From the IMG/VR virus record IMGVR_UViG_3300005681_000033, positions 64,001 to 128,000 of that record: DNA of 64,000 nt; one strand, given 5' to 3'. Made by a program: the position numbers and the translations under genes. Source of the stretch: a virus. Positions within the stretch are counted from its first letter, which is position 1. Each line of letters opens with the position of its first letter. The notes under the pieces were generated by a model. That model did not search any database and had not been told where the DNA came from. It saw only the letters and a list, made by a program, of their open reading frames with translations. Below are positions 27,901 to 37,811 of this stretch, piece after piece.

Positions 27901-28679
27901 GGGGATTGTCGTTAAAAGCTTTTGAGGCTATTGAGAGGATGATTAAGAATCGCTTTGATTCTATTTCTATGAAATTTCTAGGTATGGTTCCAAAACCCTC
28001 TAGAAGTAAGCAAATCACCTTCAGCACTTCAAACGAAGACAATATGATTGGTTTGTTCTTAAAGGCATTGGGTAGTCAAAACCCTAATGAGCTAGAGGAA
28101 CAAACCCTAAAGACTATGCTACGTGTAACCGGTGGTTATATGGATGGCTTGCGTGATCGTACAGCCGCTCGAATCATGCATGATATCGATAGTTATGTAC
28201 AAACTCAAAGTCTTAAAAAAGAAGTGCCATCTTCCAAACAGATTGAAAAAATCATTAATAAAGAAATGTCAAAAGCTGGAAACAATTTAAAACTTATCGT
28301 GAATAGTGAATCAAACAAAGCTGCCAACACAGGCACAGCTTTACAGATCTCTAAACTCGCTGAGCAAAAGGGTATTGACGACCCTACAGTTTTCTTTGTT
28401 GTGACCGTGGACGATGTGACAGGACCTGAAGAGTTCGTTCTTCACTTACTGCCAGATCGAAAAACACCACGTGTTTGGAAGCTATCGGAACTGGGTGCTG
28501 AATACCATAAGGTAGGCGACCCAAATCCAAAACTACCTGGCTTACATCCAAATTGTCGTTGCAAATTGACCTACCTTGCAAAAGGATGGGGTTTTAGTTC
28601 TGAGGGTAAGGTAAAATTTATCAGTTTGGAACATGATGAATTTGAAAATCAACGAGAAAAGTACGGCAAACCGCGTTAA
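27897..28679 (+). CDS. MuF / SPP1 gp7-like head morphogenesis protein
   Basis: SESNKAAN.G and C-terminal LHPNCRC; follows portal. Confidence 0.8.
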   Translation: MRGLSLKAFEAIERMIKNRFDSISMKFLGMVPKPSRSKQITFSTSNEDNMIGLFLKALGSQNPNELEEQTLKTMLRVTGGYMDGLRDRTAARIMHDIDSYVQTQSLKKEVPSSKQIEKIINKEMSKAGNNLKLIVNSESNKAANTGTALQISKLAEQKGIDDPTVFFVVTVDDVTGPEEFVLHLLPDRKTPRVWKLSELGAEYHKVGDPNPKLPGLHPNCRCKLTYLAKGWGFSSEGKVKFISLEHDEFENQREKYGKPR

Positions 28680-28680
28680 T

Positions 28681-28800
28681 TATACGTATGTTTAAACATA
28701 ATGCGTATAAAACGCATATGCATTCTTAATAAAATCAACTATTTACAGTCTTATACGTATTTATGCGCAAAAGCGTCTATGAATATTCATTTTATGCGTT
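28681..28800. repeat. Palindrome-rich array of WATRCGYW motifs (candidate origin or operator array)
   Basis: Six motif copies, perfect 14- and 12-bp palindromes, IHF-like site. Confidence 0.6.
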
Positions 28801-28870
28801 TATTGTATTTTAATGATGCATTTTATAGAATTATGTTGCTATAACTTGTATTGTTGTTTATACTAAGAGC

Positions 28871-29920
28871 ATGAAAACAAATTATTCATATCAACAAAAA
28901 GCCGCTACAAAGATAATAGAAATGATGTTTAGTCACAAGCATGTTGCAACAGTTCTTGCTGCCTGTCCTGGTGCTGGCAAAACTACCATTTCACAAATGG
29001 TTATCAATAGTTATACCACCATGTCATCAAATGCTAAGGTAGTTGTTCTGACTGAAGGTCAAAACACTCTTAAAACTCAGTATCTTCAAGAATTAGAAAA
29101 ATCCCACATCAAATTAAACTTCACTTTCGGTGACTTTACAACCGAAGCTCAAGTGCGTGTTGGTCTTCCCCAATCAATCAGTCAATTAAAAGGTGGATTT
29201 GACCTTTTAATCGTTGACGAAGCGCACCGTTTCTATAAAGCTGAAATGGTTCAAGATATCATTAAAAAATATAACCCAAAACATATCTTTCTGATGACTG
29301 GCTCTCCCACTGATTTTAATGGTAAAGATGAATATGGTATTTATTATATCTCAGCGGAAGAATTACAAGAAATGGGTGTTTTCAGTGCTGTGAATATGGA
29401 TGTGGTTAAAGTTGGTGATAAAAAATCTCCACGCACAACTACATCTCAAGCCTTGACCATGGCCAAATGGAAAGGTGACGATTTAAGCAAAATCATGATT
29501 GCCTGCCCTAATATTGAGTATGCTTTAGAGGTAAACGCTGTTTTAAAAATCTTTGGTTATGATACGGCACTTTCAACTTCTAAGAACGATCAAGACGATT
29601 CTGAAATTGCTCGTTTCACTTCAGGTAAAGCAAATGCTTTAATCGTTGTTGGTAAGGGCATCTTGGGCTTTAATGACCCAAATATCACAGCTTTGTTTGA
29701 CTTTAAATCATCAGAAAATCTTGACAACTCATATCAATTGTTTGCACGGGTCTTGCGCAAACACCCAAAAGGTGTGGTAAAAACGTACTATAGAATTGCA
29801 GATAAAGATTTTAATAAACAGGTATTGACTTTACACAAAATGCTTGCTCTAATGAAGAAAAACATATTTACCCAATATACGGGTAAAAATTTAAAACTGG
29901 AAATTTCCAGAGGAGGATAA
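28871..29920 (+). CDS. Superfamily 2 helicase (DEAH)
   Basis: PGAGKT, IVDEAH, MTGS, QLFARVLR. Confidence 0.85.
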   Translation: MKTNYSYQQKAATKIIEMMFSHKHVATVLAACPGAGKTTISQMVINSYTTMSSNAKVVVLTEGQNTLKTQYLQELEKSHIKLNFTFGDFTTEAQVRVGLPQSISQLKGGFDLLIVDEAHRFYKAEMVQDIIKKYNPKHIFLMTGSPTDFNGKDEYGIYYISAEELQEMGVFSAVNMDVVKVGDKKSPRTTTSQALTMAKWKGDDLSKIMIACPNIEYALEVNAVLKIFGYDTALSTSKNDQDDSEIARFTSGKANALIVVGKGILGFNDPNITALFDFKSSENLDNSYQLFARVLRKHPKGVVKTYYRIADKDFNKQVLTLHKMLALMKKNIFTQYTGKNLKLEISRGG

Positions 29921-29922
29921 GG

Positions 29923-30243
29923 ATGTTACGAGGTTTAATTAAAAAGATTGTTGGTGAAGAACTGACCAAACAATCAGGAAAGGCAGACGATTCAGCTCGT
30001 TTGGTTGAACTTGAGTCAGAAAATGCAAAATTAAAGGAACAATTGGCTAATTCTGGAGCTACTAAGCGTTTGACTAGATTGAAAGAGCTTGCAGCTCAAA
30101 TTCCAGATGGCGCTCAAGGAATGGGCATGATTGCAGTTATCGAAGATGGAACTATTAAGAATATTACTTTAAAATCTAAAGCTGACCTTCTTGAAGTTGT
30201 ATCACGTGCAGAAAAAGGTGAATTGGAAGTGTTTTCATCATGA
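29923..30243 (+). CDS. Hypothetical protein
   Basis: RBS upstream, coupled to next gene. Confidence 0.6.
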   Translation: MLRGLIKKIVGEELTKQSGKADDSARLVELESENAKLKEQLANSGATKRLTRLKELAAQIPDGAQGMGMIAVIEDGTIKNITLKSKADLLEVVSRAEKGELEVFSS

Positions 30244-31985
30244 TTTTTAACTACCTAACAAAAACATTTAAAGACGATTTTCGAAATGATCGCTTAACAA
30301 TCGAAGGTATTGCTATGTTAGAAATGTCAAGCGAGCCGGTTTCTTTTGCAATGAGAGAAGATACCTCTCCAGAAGAAGCTTCAATTACGAAAATTGAAAA
30401 TCCTATCCTTCTTTTTGAAAATGGAATTTTAAAGTTTTTTTCGGGTGGTGAAAGAATTAGATCTATTAGCAGCTTATTTTTCTTAATGAATGAATCTGAG
30501 GTTGCAGCTGCACAGCGCAACCTTTATCAGCGCGGTTATGAAAGTGCTGGAGAGGCAATTTCCAAAAAAGTTGTTTTAACAGATGTTGAAAAAAAGACAC
30601 TTCAAAAAGCAATCGACGATCTTGCATTAGCAAATGGAATTAAACTCCCTGAAAATATGGGGTATTTCAACGATCGTTTGATTTTGTACATGTATCCTTT
30701 TATTCGCTCAATGGCCAACAGTGAAACAAATTTCCATAAAGTGTTGGAAGATTTAAAACATTTTACAGATGTTAACGAAGGTAAATATAAATTTCCGATG
30801 GAACTGTTAGACCATGACAATCTCAATGATGTTCTTAAGGGCTATTTAGGAACTGGTTCTAAGGAAATCACTAAGTTTATTGCAAATAGATTAGTTGTAA
30901 AAACAGACTTGGTTAAAAGTTTAAGTCCAGAGCTTCTTAAACTACTCATTGGTAATAGCAGTAAAATCTTTGGTATCAGCACAGAGACAAAAATTTTAAC
31001 TTCTTATGAAGATATCTTTTTTGAAGTCATTACCTATGTTAAATATGTCATGGATGTTTTTGATAATAATGTGGATTACACACAAAAATACCTAAATTCA
31101 AAAGAAAAACATGTATTTACGGAACCTACCTTAAAAATTATGCGTTTTTTAAACAGTCAATTTTCACCCCAAAAGCGCATGAAACTAATGACTGATTCCG
31201 AAGTGCTTGATTATCAATTACGGGACGTTGCTGATCAAATTAGCAAGTATGATACGGTTGATAAAATTCCTTATAAGTTAAGATTTGAATATCCAGAAGG
31301 ACTTCGTGTTCCTAAAAACTGGAAAACTCTGAAAGAACTACACGACAAGGTTTCTGCTGATTTTAATATCATCAAGGCTGAAGACAACAACAAAACAATT
31401 CCTTATACAGCCGATGAATGGGCCATCCATGGCATGACCAAGGATAACGTAGAACTTGTTTTACCAAGTGAAGGAAAAACCCTTGTGGCTTGGGGTGCAG
31501 ATCAACAGCATTGTGTTGCTTCTTATGCAGACAAGGCAGCCAATAAAGAATGTATTATTATGGGCGTGAAGGTAAATGGAATTCACACTTATACAGTTGA
31601 ACTTCGATTAACCTATAAAGAGGTTTTGGTAGCATCTAAACAAATGGTAGTTGATAAGCTTGAAGAACTACCTGGTTTGCAACCGCCTGAAAGAAAAAAA
31701 CACTATTCATTTAATATTGTGCAGTTTTATGCCAAAAACAATAGACGCCCTGAAGATTTAGGCGATACCAAAACACGAGGTATTGTAAGAGAATTGCTGA
31801 GAGAGGCATTACAGATCGATGGTAATGCAGCTTTTGAGGAAGATGGTACTTACTCTTATCGAATGGAATTTGTAGCTGGCAACCAAGAGAACGATGCTTT
31901 TGATGCTATGCGATATGAAAATATCGCAGTGGGCGATCTTGGAAATGCTCCAGTGGTCATTAACGATGTTGCCCTAGGTGAATAA
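30240..31985 (+). CDS. PcfJ-like domain protein
   Basis: LKELHD...LP..GK.L..WG..QQHCVASYA...YTVEL. Confidence 0.65.
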   Translation: MIFNYLTKTFKDDFRNDRLTIEGIAMLEMSSEPVSFAMREDTSPEEASITKIENPILLFENGILKFFSGGERIRSISSLFFLMNESEVAAAQRNLYQRGYESAGEAISKKVVLTDVEKKTLQKAIDDLALANGIKLPENMGYFNDRLILYMYPFIRSMANSETNFHKVLEDLKHFTDVNEGKYKFPMELLDHDNLNDVLKGYLGTGSKEITKFIANRLVVKTDLVKSLSPELLKLLIGNSSKIFGISTETKILTSYEDIFFEVITYVKYVMDVFDNNVDYTQKYLNSKEKHVFTEPTLKIMRFLNSQFSPQKRMKLMTDSEVLDYQLRDVADQISKYDTVDKIPYKLRFEYPEGLRVPKNWKTLKELHDKVSADFNIIKAEDNNKTIPYTADEWAIHGMTKDNVELVLPSEGKTLVAWGADQQHCVASYADKAANKECIIMGVKVNGIHTYTVELRLTYKEVLVASKQMVVDKLEELPGLQPPERKKHYSFNIVQFYAKNNRRPEDLGDTKTRGIVRELLREALQIDGNAAFEEDGTYSYRMEFVAGNQENDAFDAMRYENIAVGDLGNAPVVINDVALGE

Positions 31986-31986
31986 A

Positions 31987-32424
31987 CTAGGGCTTAAACC
32001 AACGTTTTCCTGATGCAGGTGGATAGATTTGAAAATGAACGCGAGCTTGGTCGTCTTTTTCTTCCATCCATAAGCCAATTTCTTCTAGCTTATCTTCGTT
32101 GTCGTGACACCACTGATCTAATTCACCTTTAGGGTCTGAAATATCAACAGCAGCTCCCTTTAAATGGGCTGAACCCCAAGGAATGTCTGATTCCTTAAAT
32201 TCTTTTTTTCTCTTAACCGCTAATTCTTTGTAGATTCTAATTTGATCTTCTTTAGAACGATAGCCTGAGGTTGGAGACATAGGCTTGTTGTATGCATATC
32301 GAACTTTATTAATCTTTTCCAAAAGCTCATCCAGATTCTTTTGATGATCTTCTGGCATATTTTCACGCTTGTAATTTTTAAGCAATTCTTTTTCGGTGAT
32401 TAGGTACGGTTTTTTTTCGTCCAT
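31987..32424 (-). CDS. Peptidase M15 (endolysin-like)
   Basis: SGYRS, SAHLKGAAVD, RVHFQ. Confidence 0.85.
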   Translation of the reverse strand: MDEKKPYLITEKELLKNYKRENMPEDHQKNLDELLEKINKVRYAYNKPMSPTSGYRSKEDQIRIYKELAVKRKKEFKESDIPWGSAHLKGAAVDISDPKGELDQWCHDNEDKLEEIGLWMEEKDDQARVHFQIYPPASGKRWFKP

Positions 32425-32440
32425 GGCCTCTCCTATACAC

Positions 32441-32476
32441 TAAAGATTGTATTTTTTGTGGTAATATAGGGTATGG
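32441..32476. promoter_or_regulatory. Back-to-back late/middle promoter cassette
   Basis: 34/36 identical to 10088-10123. Confidence 0.75.
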
Positions 32477-33960
32477 ATGTAAAAGTAATCAGTCCAACCA
32501 AAGCCATTGTTACTAGAATTGACGAGGGTGAGGTTGTAGCCTTAACAAAAAAATTAACTTATACCAACACTAGTGTGGCTTTTCAATTGAATAAACACTA
32601 TAAAAATCGATGGTTTAAGCAAAAAGATCCCATTGGATGGCAAGAACTACATGATGCTTTACAACCAAAAGTGAAAAATTGCCTACTTGAGTACGAAAAT
32701 GGCGAATATTGGCTTAGACCCGGCTCCATTCCTTCGGTTGGGGAGTATGTTGACAAATATGAAAATCAAATCGAATATCCAGCACTTAAACCCTTAAAAT
32801 GGGCTGTTAAGCCTGACTTTGAACCATACTCTTATCAAACCACTGCGGTTGAGCGTTTAATCAATATTAAGCATGGAAATATCAGCTTACCCACAGGATG
32901 TGGTAAAAGCTACATTCTGCTTTTATTGGCACAGCAAATGGGATTAGATGTGGTTGTTGTAACCCCAAGTCAATCTATCTTTACGGAGCTTTTGGAAGAG
33001 TTTCAATTACGTCTGGGTGAAAATATGGTGGGTGGTTATGGTGATGGTTATAAGGATATTAAGAAAAAAATTACAATTGCTATTGGTAAGTCATTGACTA
33101 TGTTAGAGCCTGATACACCAGCCTACAATTTCTTTAAAAACAAAAAAGTAATGCTGGTGGACGAATCTCACACTTTTGCAGCCGAGCAGCTTAATGATGT
33201 ATGTCATGGTGTTTTAAAAGACACTCCTTATCGAATGTTTGTTTCTGCTACCCAAACTCGTAATGATGGGACTGAGAAACTTTTAAATGCCATTATTGGT
33301 AAGAATGTGTTGGATATGAGTTTAGAAGAGGCAATTTCTGATGGATATTTGTGTCCATTAAATTTTACAGTCATCGAAACATTTTCCCCAGATACCAGAA
33401 AAATTGCAGATCCCACTAAATGTAAACGAGTTCATTTCTTATACAATAGAAACATTGCTTCGATCGTTTCTAAAATTGCCAATGCGAATTGGACAATGAA
33501 GCAACACTCCACCCTTATCTTGGTGGAGGAACTTGAACAAATCGAAATGTTAGCTTCCCTCCTAACCGTTCCCTTTACTTATGTTCATTCTGCTGATAAA
33601 AAGAAAGCTCAAGAGTTTAAACTTAATAAAGTGTCTTCAAAGGAAGAAGTTGCTAGGTTTAATAAGGGTGAGGTTAAAATTCTTATTGGAACTAAAGCTA
33701 TTGCCACTGGAACCAATATCTACCCTACACATGCCACAATCAATTGGATGGGTGGAGCTTCGGAGATTACTACAAAGCAAGGTGCAATGGGTAGATCTAC
33801 GAGAAAACTAGAGATTTCAAAATTTAAACACTTACACCAACCTAAACCATATACAATGGTGTACGATTTTAGAGTTAAGAATGTACCAGACCTTGACAAG
33901 TCATTGGCTAAACGATGTGGTTACTACAAAGAAGCTGGTGGTAAGCTTCATTATGTTTAA
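32473..33960 (+). CDS. UvsW-like SF2 DNA helicase
   Basis: PTGCGKS, VDESH, SAT, QGAMGRSTR, VYDF. Confidence 0.88.
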   Translation: MDVKVISPTKAIVTRIDEGEVVALTKKLTYTNTSVAFQLNKHYKNRWFKQKDPIGWQELHDALQPKVKNCLLEYENGEYWLRPGSIPSVGEYVDKYENQIEYPALKPLKWAVKPDFEPYSYQTTAVERLINIKHGNISLPTGCGKSYILLLLAQQMGLDVVVVTPSQSIFTELLEEFQLRLGENMVGGYGDGYKDIKKKITIAIGKSLTMLEPDTPAYNFFKNKKVMLVDESHTFAAEQLNDVCHGVLKDTPYRMFVSATQTRNDGTEKLLNAIIGKNVLDMSLEEAISDGYLCPLNFTVIETFSPDTRKIADPTKCKRVHFLYNRNIASIVSKIANANWTMKQHSTLILVEELEQIEMLASLLTVPFTYVHSADKKKAQEFKLNKVSSKEEVARFNKGEVKILIGTKAIATGTNIYPTHATINWMGGASEITTKQGAMGRSTRKLEISKFKHLHQPKPYTMVYDFRVKNVPDLDKSLAKRCGYYKEAGGKLHYV

Positions 33961-33979
33961 AGTGTGGTAATATATATAC

Positions 33980-35053
33980 ATGAAAAAAAATCCTAACAAT
34001 TTTACAGATAGAGAGTTCCAAGAGTTGGCAGCACTTGTCAATTCTACTATTGTTAAAAATGATGGATTGGTTGGCAATCAAGAAGACCAGGTAGAGCTTG
34101 TGGTCGAATTGGAAAAGAAGTTCAAATATCATATCTCAAAATATCAGCAAACTGTTGAAATCTATAGAAAATTTATCAAAAAATTTAATAATGATGACGA
34201 TGAAGAACAGCAGCAAGAAAATTCGGAGCTAGAAAACATTTTAAGTGCCCAGCCGTATTTTCGTGAGAAGAATGAGGTTTTTAGTAAGATCTCTAAGGCT
34301 ATTAAAGAAAACGACCCAGTTGCTTTAATGCAATATAACATTAACTTTCAAATGATTGATTTTATTGTTAAAAATTGGCGTGGAAATGTACCTGAGAGAG
34401 CCCGAAGATATTATGAAGATTTTTTGGATGCTAGACGCGTATTGATTGAAAACAATCTACCACTAGCGATCAATCGAGCAAAATTATTTTATCGCAAAAC
34501 CCCCAAGTCACACCTAACTCTATTGGATTTGATTGATATTTGTACTTACGGACTGATTGCCGGTATTGATAAATATGAAGGCGAATATACTAAGGTTTGG
34601 CGTTCCGTATGTATTGGTCGTATGGTTGGTTTTATGATTGAGGAGTATTCCAAGACATTCTTGAGAATGTACCCTAGTGATAAGAAAATTCTCTATAGAG
34701 CTAACGCATTGAAATATAGATTAAAATTAGAAGATATTGGTGAGCTTACAAAGGCCGTTAATGAATCTTTTAAACAAGACAAAGAAGAAGGCAAAAGCGC
34801 ACCTAAATTACCCATTTCTGAATTACACATTAGAACATTAATGAATAGTTCTAGTTATGTATCTGCAGATCCTAGTGCAAATGAAGAAGAGGAAGAAAGT
34901 GCGTTGAGTGTTTATGATTTAGCGCACGACAATACAGAAAGTGCGGAAGACCGCTTGATTCATGACGATTTAATGGATAGAATCAAAGAAGGTTCTAAAA
35001 TTTTGACAAACATTGAAAGAAAAATTATTAGACTAAAAGGAGTTAATCTATGA
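33980..35053 (+). CDS. Sigma70-family RNA polymerase sigma factor
   Basis: LIENNLPLAINRAK..LLDLI....GLIAGIDKY; C-terminal LTNIERKIIRL. Confidence 0.8.
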   Translation: MKKNPNNFTDREFQELAALVNSTIVKNDGLVGNQEDQVELVVELEKKFKYHISKYQQTVEIYRKFIKKFNNDDDEEQQQENSELENILSAQPYFREKNEVFSKISKAIKENDPVALMQYNINFQMIDFIVKNWRGNVPERARRYYEDFLDARRVLIENNLPLAINRAKLFYRKTPKSHLTLLDLIDICTYGLIAGIDKYEGEYTKVWRSVCIGRMVGFMIEEYSKTFLRMYPSDKKILYRANALKYRLKLEDIGELTKAVNESFKQDKEEGKSAPKLPISELHIRTLMNSSSYVSADPSANEEEEESALSVYDLAHDNTESAEDRLIHDDLMDRIKEGSKILTNIERKIIRLKGVNL

Positions 35054-35355
35054 TCACTGTAAACGGAAAGCTAATGTTAGAGCCTTATAAAGGGAGTGGG
35101 AAAATTGAGGCAAGTAATAAAAATGCTGGCTACGCTACCATTAAGCAAAAAGACACGTTAGTTGGATTAAAAGCTTTAGCTGATGGTCGTGTAAATATTG
35201 GTAAGGATACTATCGACGTGAAGAAGGGACAAACTGTGTATTTTCCAGAAGATGTTCTTGCAACTTTCGAATGGTCTAAAAAAACACTTCATTTAGAAGG
35301 CAATGAGCAACGTTTTATTCTTGCAGATGCTGTTCATGCTGTAGCGGTAGTATGA
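35050..35355 (+). CDS. GroES-like co-chaperonin
   Basis: 101 aa; NGKLMLEP...DGR...DVKKGQTVYF...FIL...AVAVV follows the GroES pattern. Confidence 0.6.
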   Translation: MITVNGKLMLEPYKGSGKIEASNKNAGYATIKQKDTLVGLKALADGRVNIGKDTIDVKKGQTVYFPEDVLATFEWSKKTLHLEGNEQRFILADAVHAVAVV

Positions 35356-35810
35356 TTAAACAAAAGCATTTGGATAGTTATTATAAACAAGCCTTGGCGA
35401 TTGCAGAACAATCTCCAGACGAACAGACGAAAGTCGCTTCGTTACTTATCCATTCCGAAACCAGAGCGGTTCTTGGAAATGGATTTAATGGTTTTGTTCG
35501 TGGTGCTCCAGATGCTAAACTGCCCAAGACTCGCCCTGAAAAGTACGACTACATTGTTCATGCTGAAACCAACATGATTTACAATTCAGCTAGACATGGG
35601 GTAAGCACAGACAAATGCTTTGTATTTTGTACCCTTTCCCCTTGTGTTAATTGTTGTCGTGCGATGTACCAGGCTGGTATTAAGGTGGTTTATTTTAAAG
35701 AAAAATACAGAGATTTTGATAAACAAACTGAAATGTTAGATTTGAATTTGACACTTGAATCTGTTTATAATTGTGAGTATTATAAGCTGACTATTTCGCC
35801 AAAGGAATAA
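35352..35810 (+). CDS. dCMP deaminase
   Basis: GFNG, HAETN, SPCVNC. Confidence 0.92.
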   Translation: MIKQKHLDSYYKQALAIAEQSPDEQTKVASLLIHSETRAVLGNGFNGFVRGAPDAKLPKTRPEKYDYIVHAETNMIYNSARHGVSTDKCFVFCTLSPCVNCCRAMYQAGIKVVYFKEKYRDFDKQTEMLDLNLTLESVYNCEYYKLTISPKE

Positions 35811-35811
35811 T

Positions 35812-36777
35812 ATGCGAATTTTAAGGGTGGGAGACCCCCACGTCACTGTAAGAAATTTAGAAGACTCTGAAAAACTAATGGCTTTTATTTTGAAAAAAGC
35901 TGAAGAATTTAATGTACACAAGATCGAATTTCTTGGCGATCTAATGCACACTCACGCTGTTATTCGTGTTGAAGTCCTTGATTTTTGGCAAAGACACTTC
36001 AAAAAACTTTCTCAGGGATACTTTGTTATTGCTCTGGTGGGAAATCACGACCAACCTGGTAGTAAAGAAAAAGAACAGTTGATGAATGCTTTAAATGCAT
36101 TTAAGGGTATTGAAGACGTTACAATTGTCAGCAAACCAGTGGTAATTGATAATATTGGTTATATTCCATACCACAGCGATGAGGGTGAATTTCTTAAAGC
36201 TGCTTCTGATCTACACTACAATGGCGCTGTAAAAACATTGGTTGCTCATCAAAATTTTACCGTACCTTTGTACTCAGATATGTTCAACCCAGAACTGGTG
36301 CCTCAAGAACACATCATTACTGGCCACATTCACGAACAAAAGCAAATGGGAAAGGTTTTTCAGGTTGGAACTCCTAAGTGGGATACCCTAACAGATGCAA
36401 ATGAATCTAAAGGAGTTTGGATTTATGACCATAATGAAGACGGTTCTGTAAAAGCCAAGCAATTTATTTCTACCAAAGAAGTGGTTACTGTAATTGAAAA
36501 ACATACCATTAAAGAAGGCGACCCAGAACCAGAATTAATCCCAGGTGCCAAGAATTATGTAGAGCTGGTTGGTTCCACCGCTTGGATTAATGAAATGAAA
36601 AAGAAATATAAGGGTTTGGCTTCTATTAAAGCCAGACCTTCTGATCGTAAGACATCCAGTGCGAATAAAGAAAAAGCACAGTCTGTTTATGAATTTCTTA
36701 ATTCTGCTTTTCAGCCGATTGATGGTGTAAAAAAGCAAGATATTGAACAATATTTAAAAGAGGTGATTCGTGTCTGA
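35812..36777 (+). CDS. SbcD/Mre11/gp47-like nuclease
   Basis: GDPH, GD, GNHD, GHIH; SbcC-like gene nearby. Confidence 0.85.
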   Translation: MRILRVGDPHVTVRNLEDSEKLMAFILKKAEEFNVHKIEFLGDLMHTHAVIRVEVLDFWQRHFKKLSQGYFVIALVGNHDQPGSKEKEQLMNALNAFKGIEDVTIVSKPVVIDNIGYIPYHSDEGEFLKAASDLHYNGAVKTLVAHQNFTVPLYSDMFNPELVPQEHIITGHIHEQKQMGKVFQVGTPKWDTLTDANESKGVWIYDHNEDGSVKAKQFISTKEVVTVIEKHTIKEGDPEPELIPGAKNYVELVGSTAWINEMKKKYKGLASIKARPSDRKTSSANKEKAQSVYEFLNSAFQPIDGVKKQDIEQYLKEVIRV

Positions 36778-37132
36778 AGAAGTAAAAAAAGAAGAGCAGT
36801 CTATTGTAGATGAACATAGAAAAATGGTAATTATGACTGGCAATCTTTCTGATTTTCAACTTGAAAACCTTAAAAATTGGGCTTTTTTGATCTTTGACAA
36901 AGAAGTGCTGGTAAACGCCAAAATTACTTATGATTTTACCAAGCTTGTTGCAGAAGAAGAATCTTTATCGCCCGGTGCAGTTCAGTATGATTTTTATTTT
37001 AAACCAGGAACCAAGTTAAATCGAGCTGACGTTAAAAAAAGAATAGAACACCTGAGAATGTGGGTAAAATTTATGTTTTGGAAAGAAACTGAAGTTAGAA
37101 TTCTCAAAGAAGGTAAAAAGTGGCAGATTTAA
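36770..37132 (+). CDS. Hypothetical protein
   Basis: RBS GAGG, GTG start. Confidence 0.6.
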   Translation: MSEEVKKEEQSIVDEHRKMVIMTGNLSDFQLENLKNWAFLIFDKEVLVNAKITYDFTKLVAEEESLSPGAVQYDFYFKPGTKLNRADVKKRIEHLRMWVKFMFWKETEVRILKEGKKWQI

Positions 37133-37767
37133 TTCTACCTGATTTACCTCAAGACATGACCAAGGAAGAAAAAGAAGCCGTTCAGGAATTTATCAACAAC
37201 GGTTGTCCTGGTATTGTTCGTGTGCAAGATGGCGATATTTTTAAGTTTTTTCAACTCTACATGTCTGGAAAAACATACGCTGAAATTGCAACTATCACAA
37301 AAGCTCCTAAGGATTTGATCATGTATCTAGCCTATCGCTCTAGATGGATGGAGCATCGTTTTAAACACTATGAAAACATCTCCTTAAACATTCTAGATAA
37401 GATTAAGCAGGTAAAGCTTGATAGTGCCAATAACCTGGTGACAATTGTAAAAGCTCTTGGTCAATATTGTGAGATGAAATACAATAGCTTTCTATCTACT
37501 AAAAACCAAGAAGTAATCGAAAAAATTGACAGTAAGATTGTAACCCAATACTTCAAAGCAATTGAATTGTTGGATAAGGTATTAAGTGAAGAGCCTGGTG
37601 ATGAAGAAACCAAGCCAAAAGGACCGCTGGTGAATGTCAATGTTGGTTTAGGTGCTTCGGCAACTATTAAACAAACAGACGCCAAAACTCTAGAAATTAC
37701 CGATGAAACAGCCGGTGATCTGGTAAAAGCCCTTGCTAGTATGAAAAAACAAGCAGAGCGTCGCTAA
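37120..37767 (+). CDS. HTH-containing protein (possible terminase small subunit)
   Basis: LYMSGKTYAEIA..W HTH-like segment, helical core, VNVNV tail. Confidence 0.4.
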   Translation: MADLILPDLPQDMTKEEKEAVQEFINNGCPGIVRVQDGDIFKFFQLYMSGKTYAEIATITKAPKDLIMYLAYRSRWMEHRFKHYENISLNILDKIKQVKLDSANNLVTIVKALGQYCEMKYNSFLSTKNQEVIEKIDSKIVTQYFKAIELLDKVLSEEPGDEETKPKGPLVNVNVGLGASATIKQTDAKTLEITDETAGDLVKALASMKKQAERR

Positions 37768-37811
37768 TTTTGTGGTATTATACATATAAGCCCATTGAGG
37801 CAGAGGTGAAA

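Noticed and set aside
27897-28679. MuF polymorphic toxin
   Set aside because: The protein ends ~37 aa after HPNCRC, with no C-terminal toxin domain or immunity gene.
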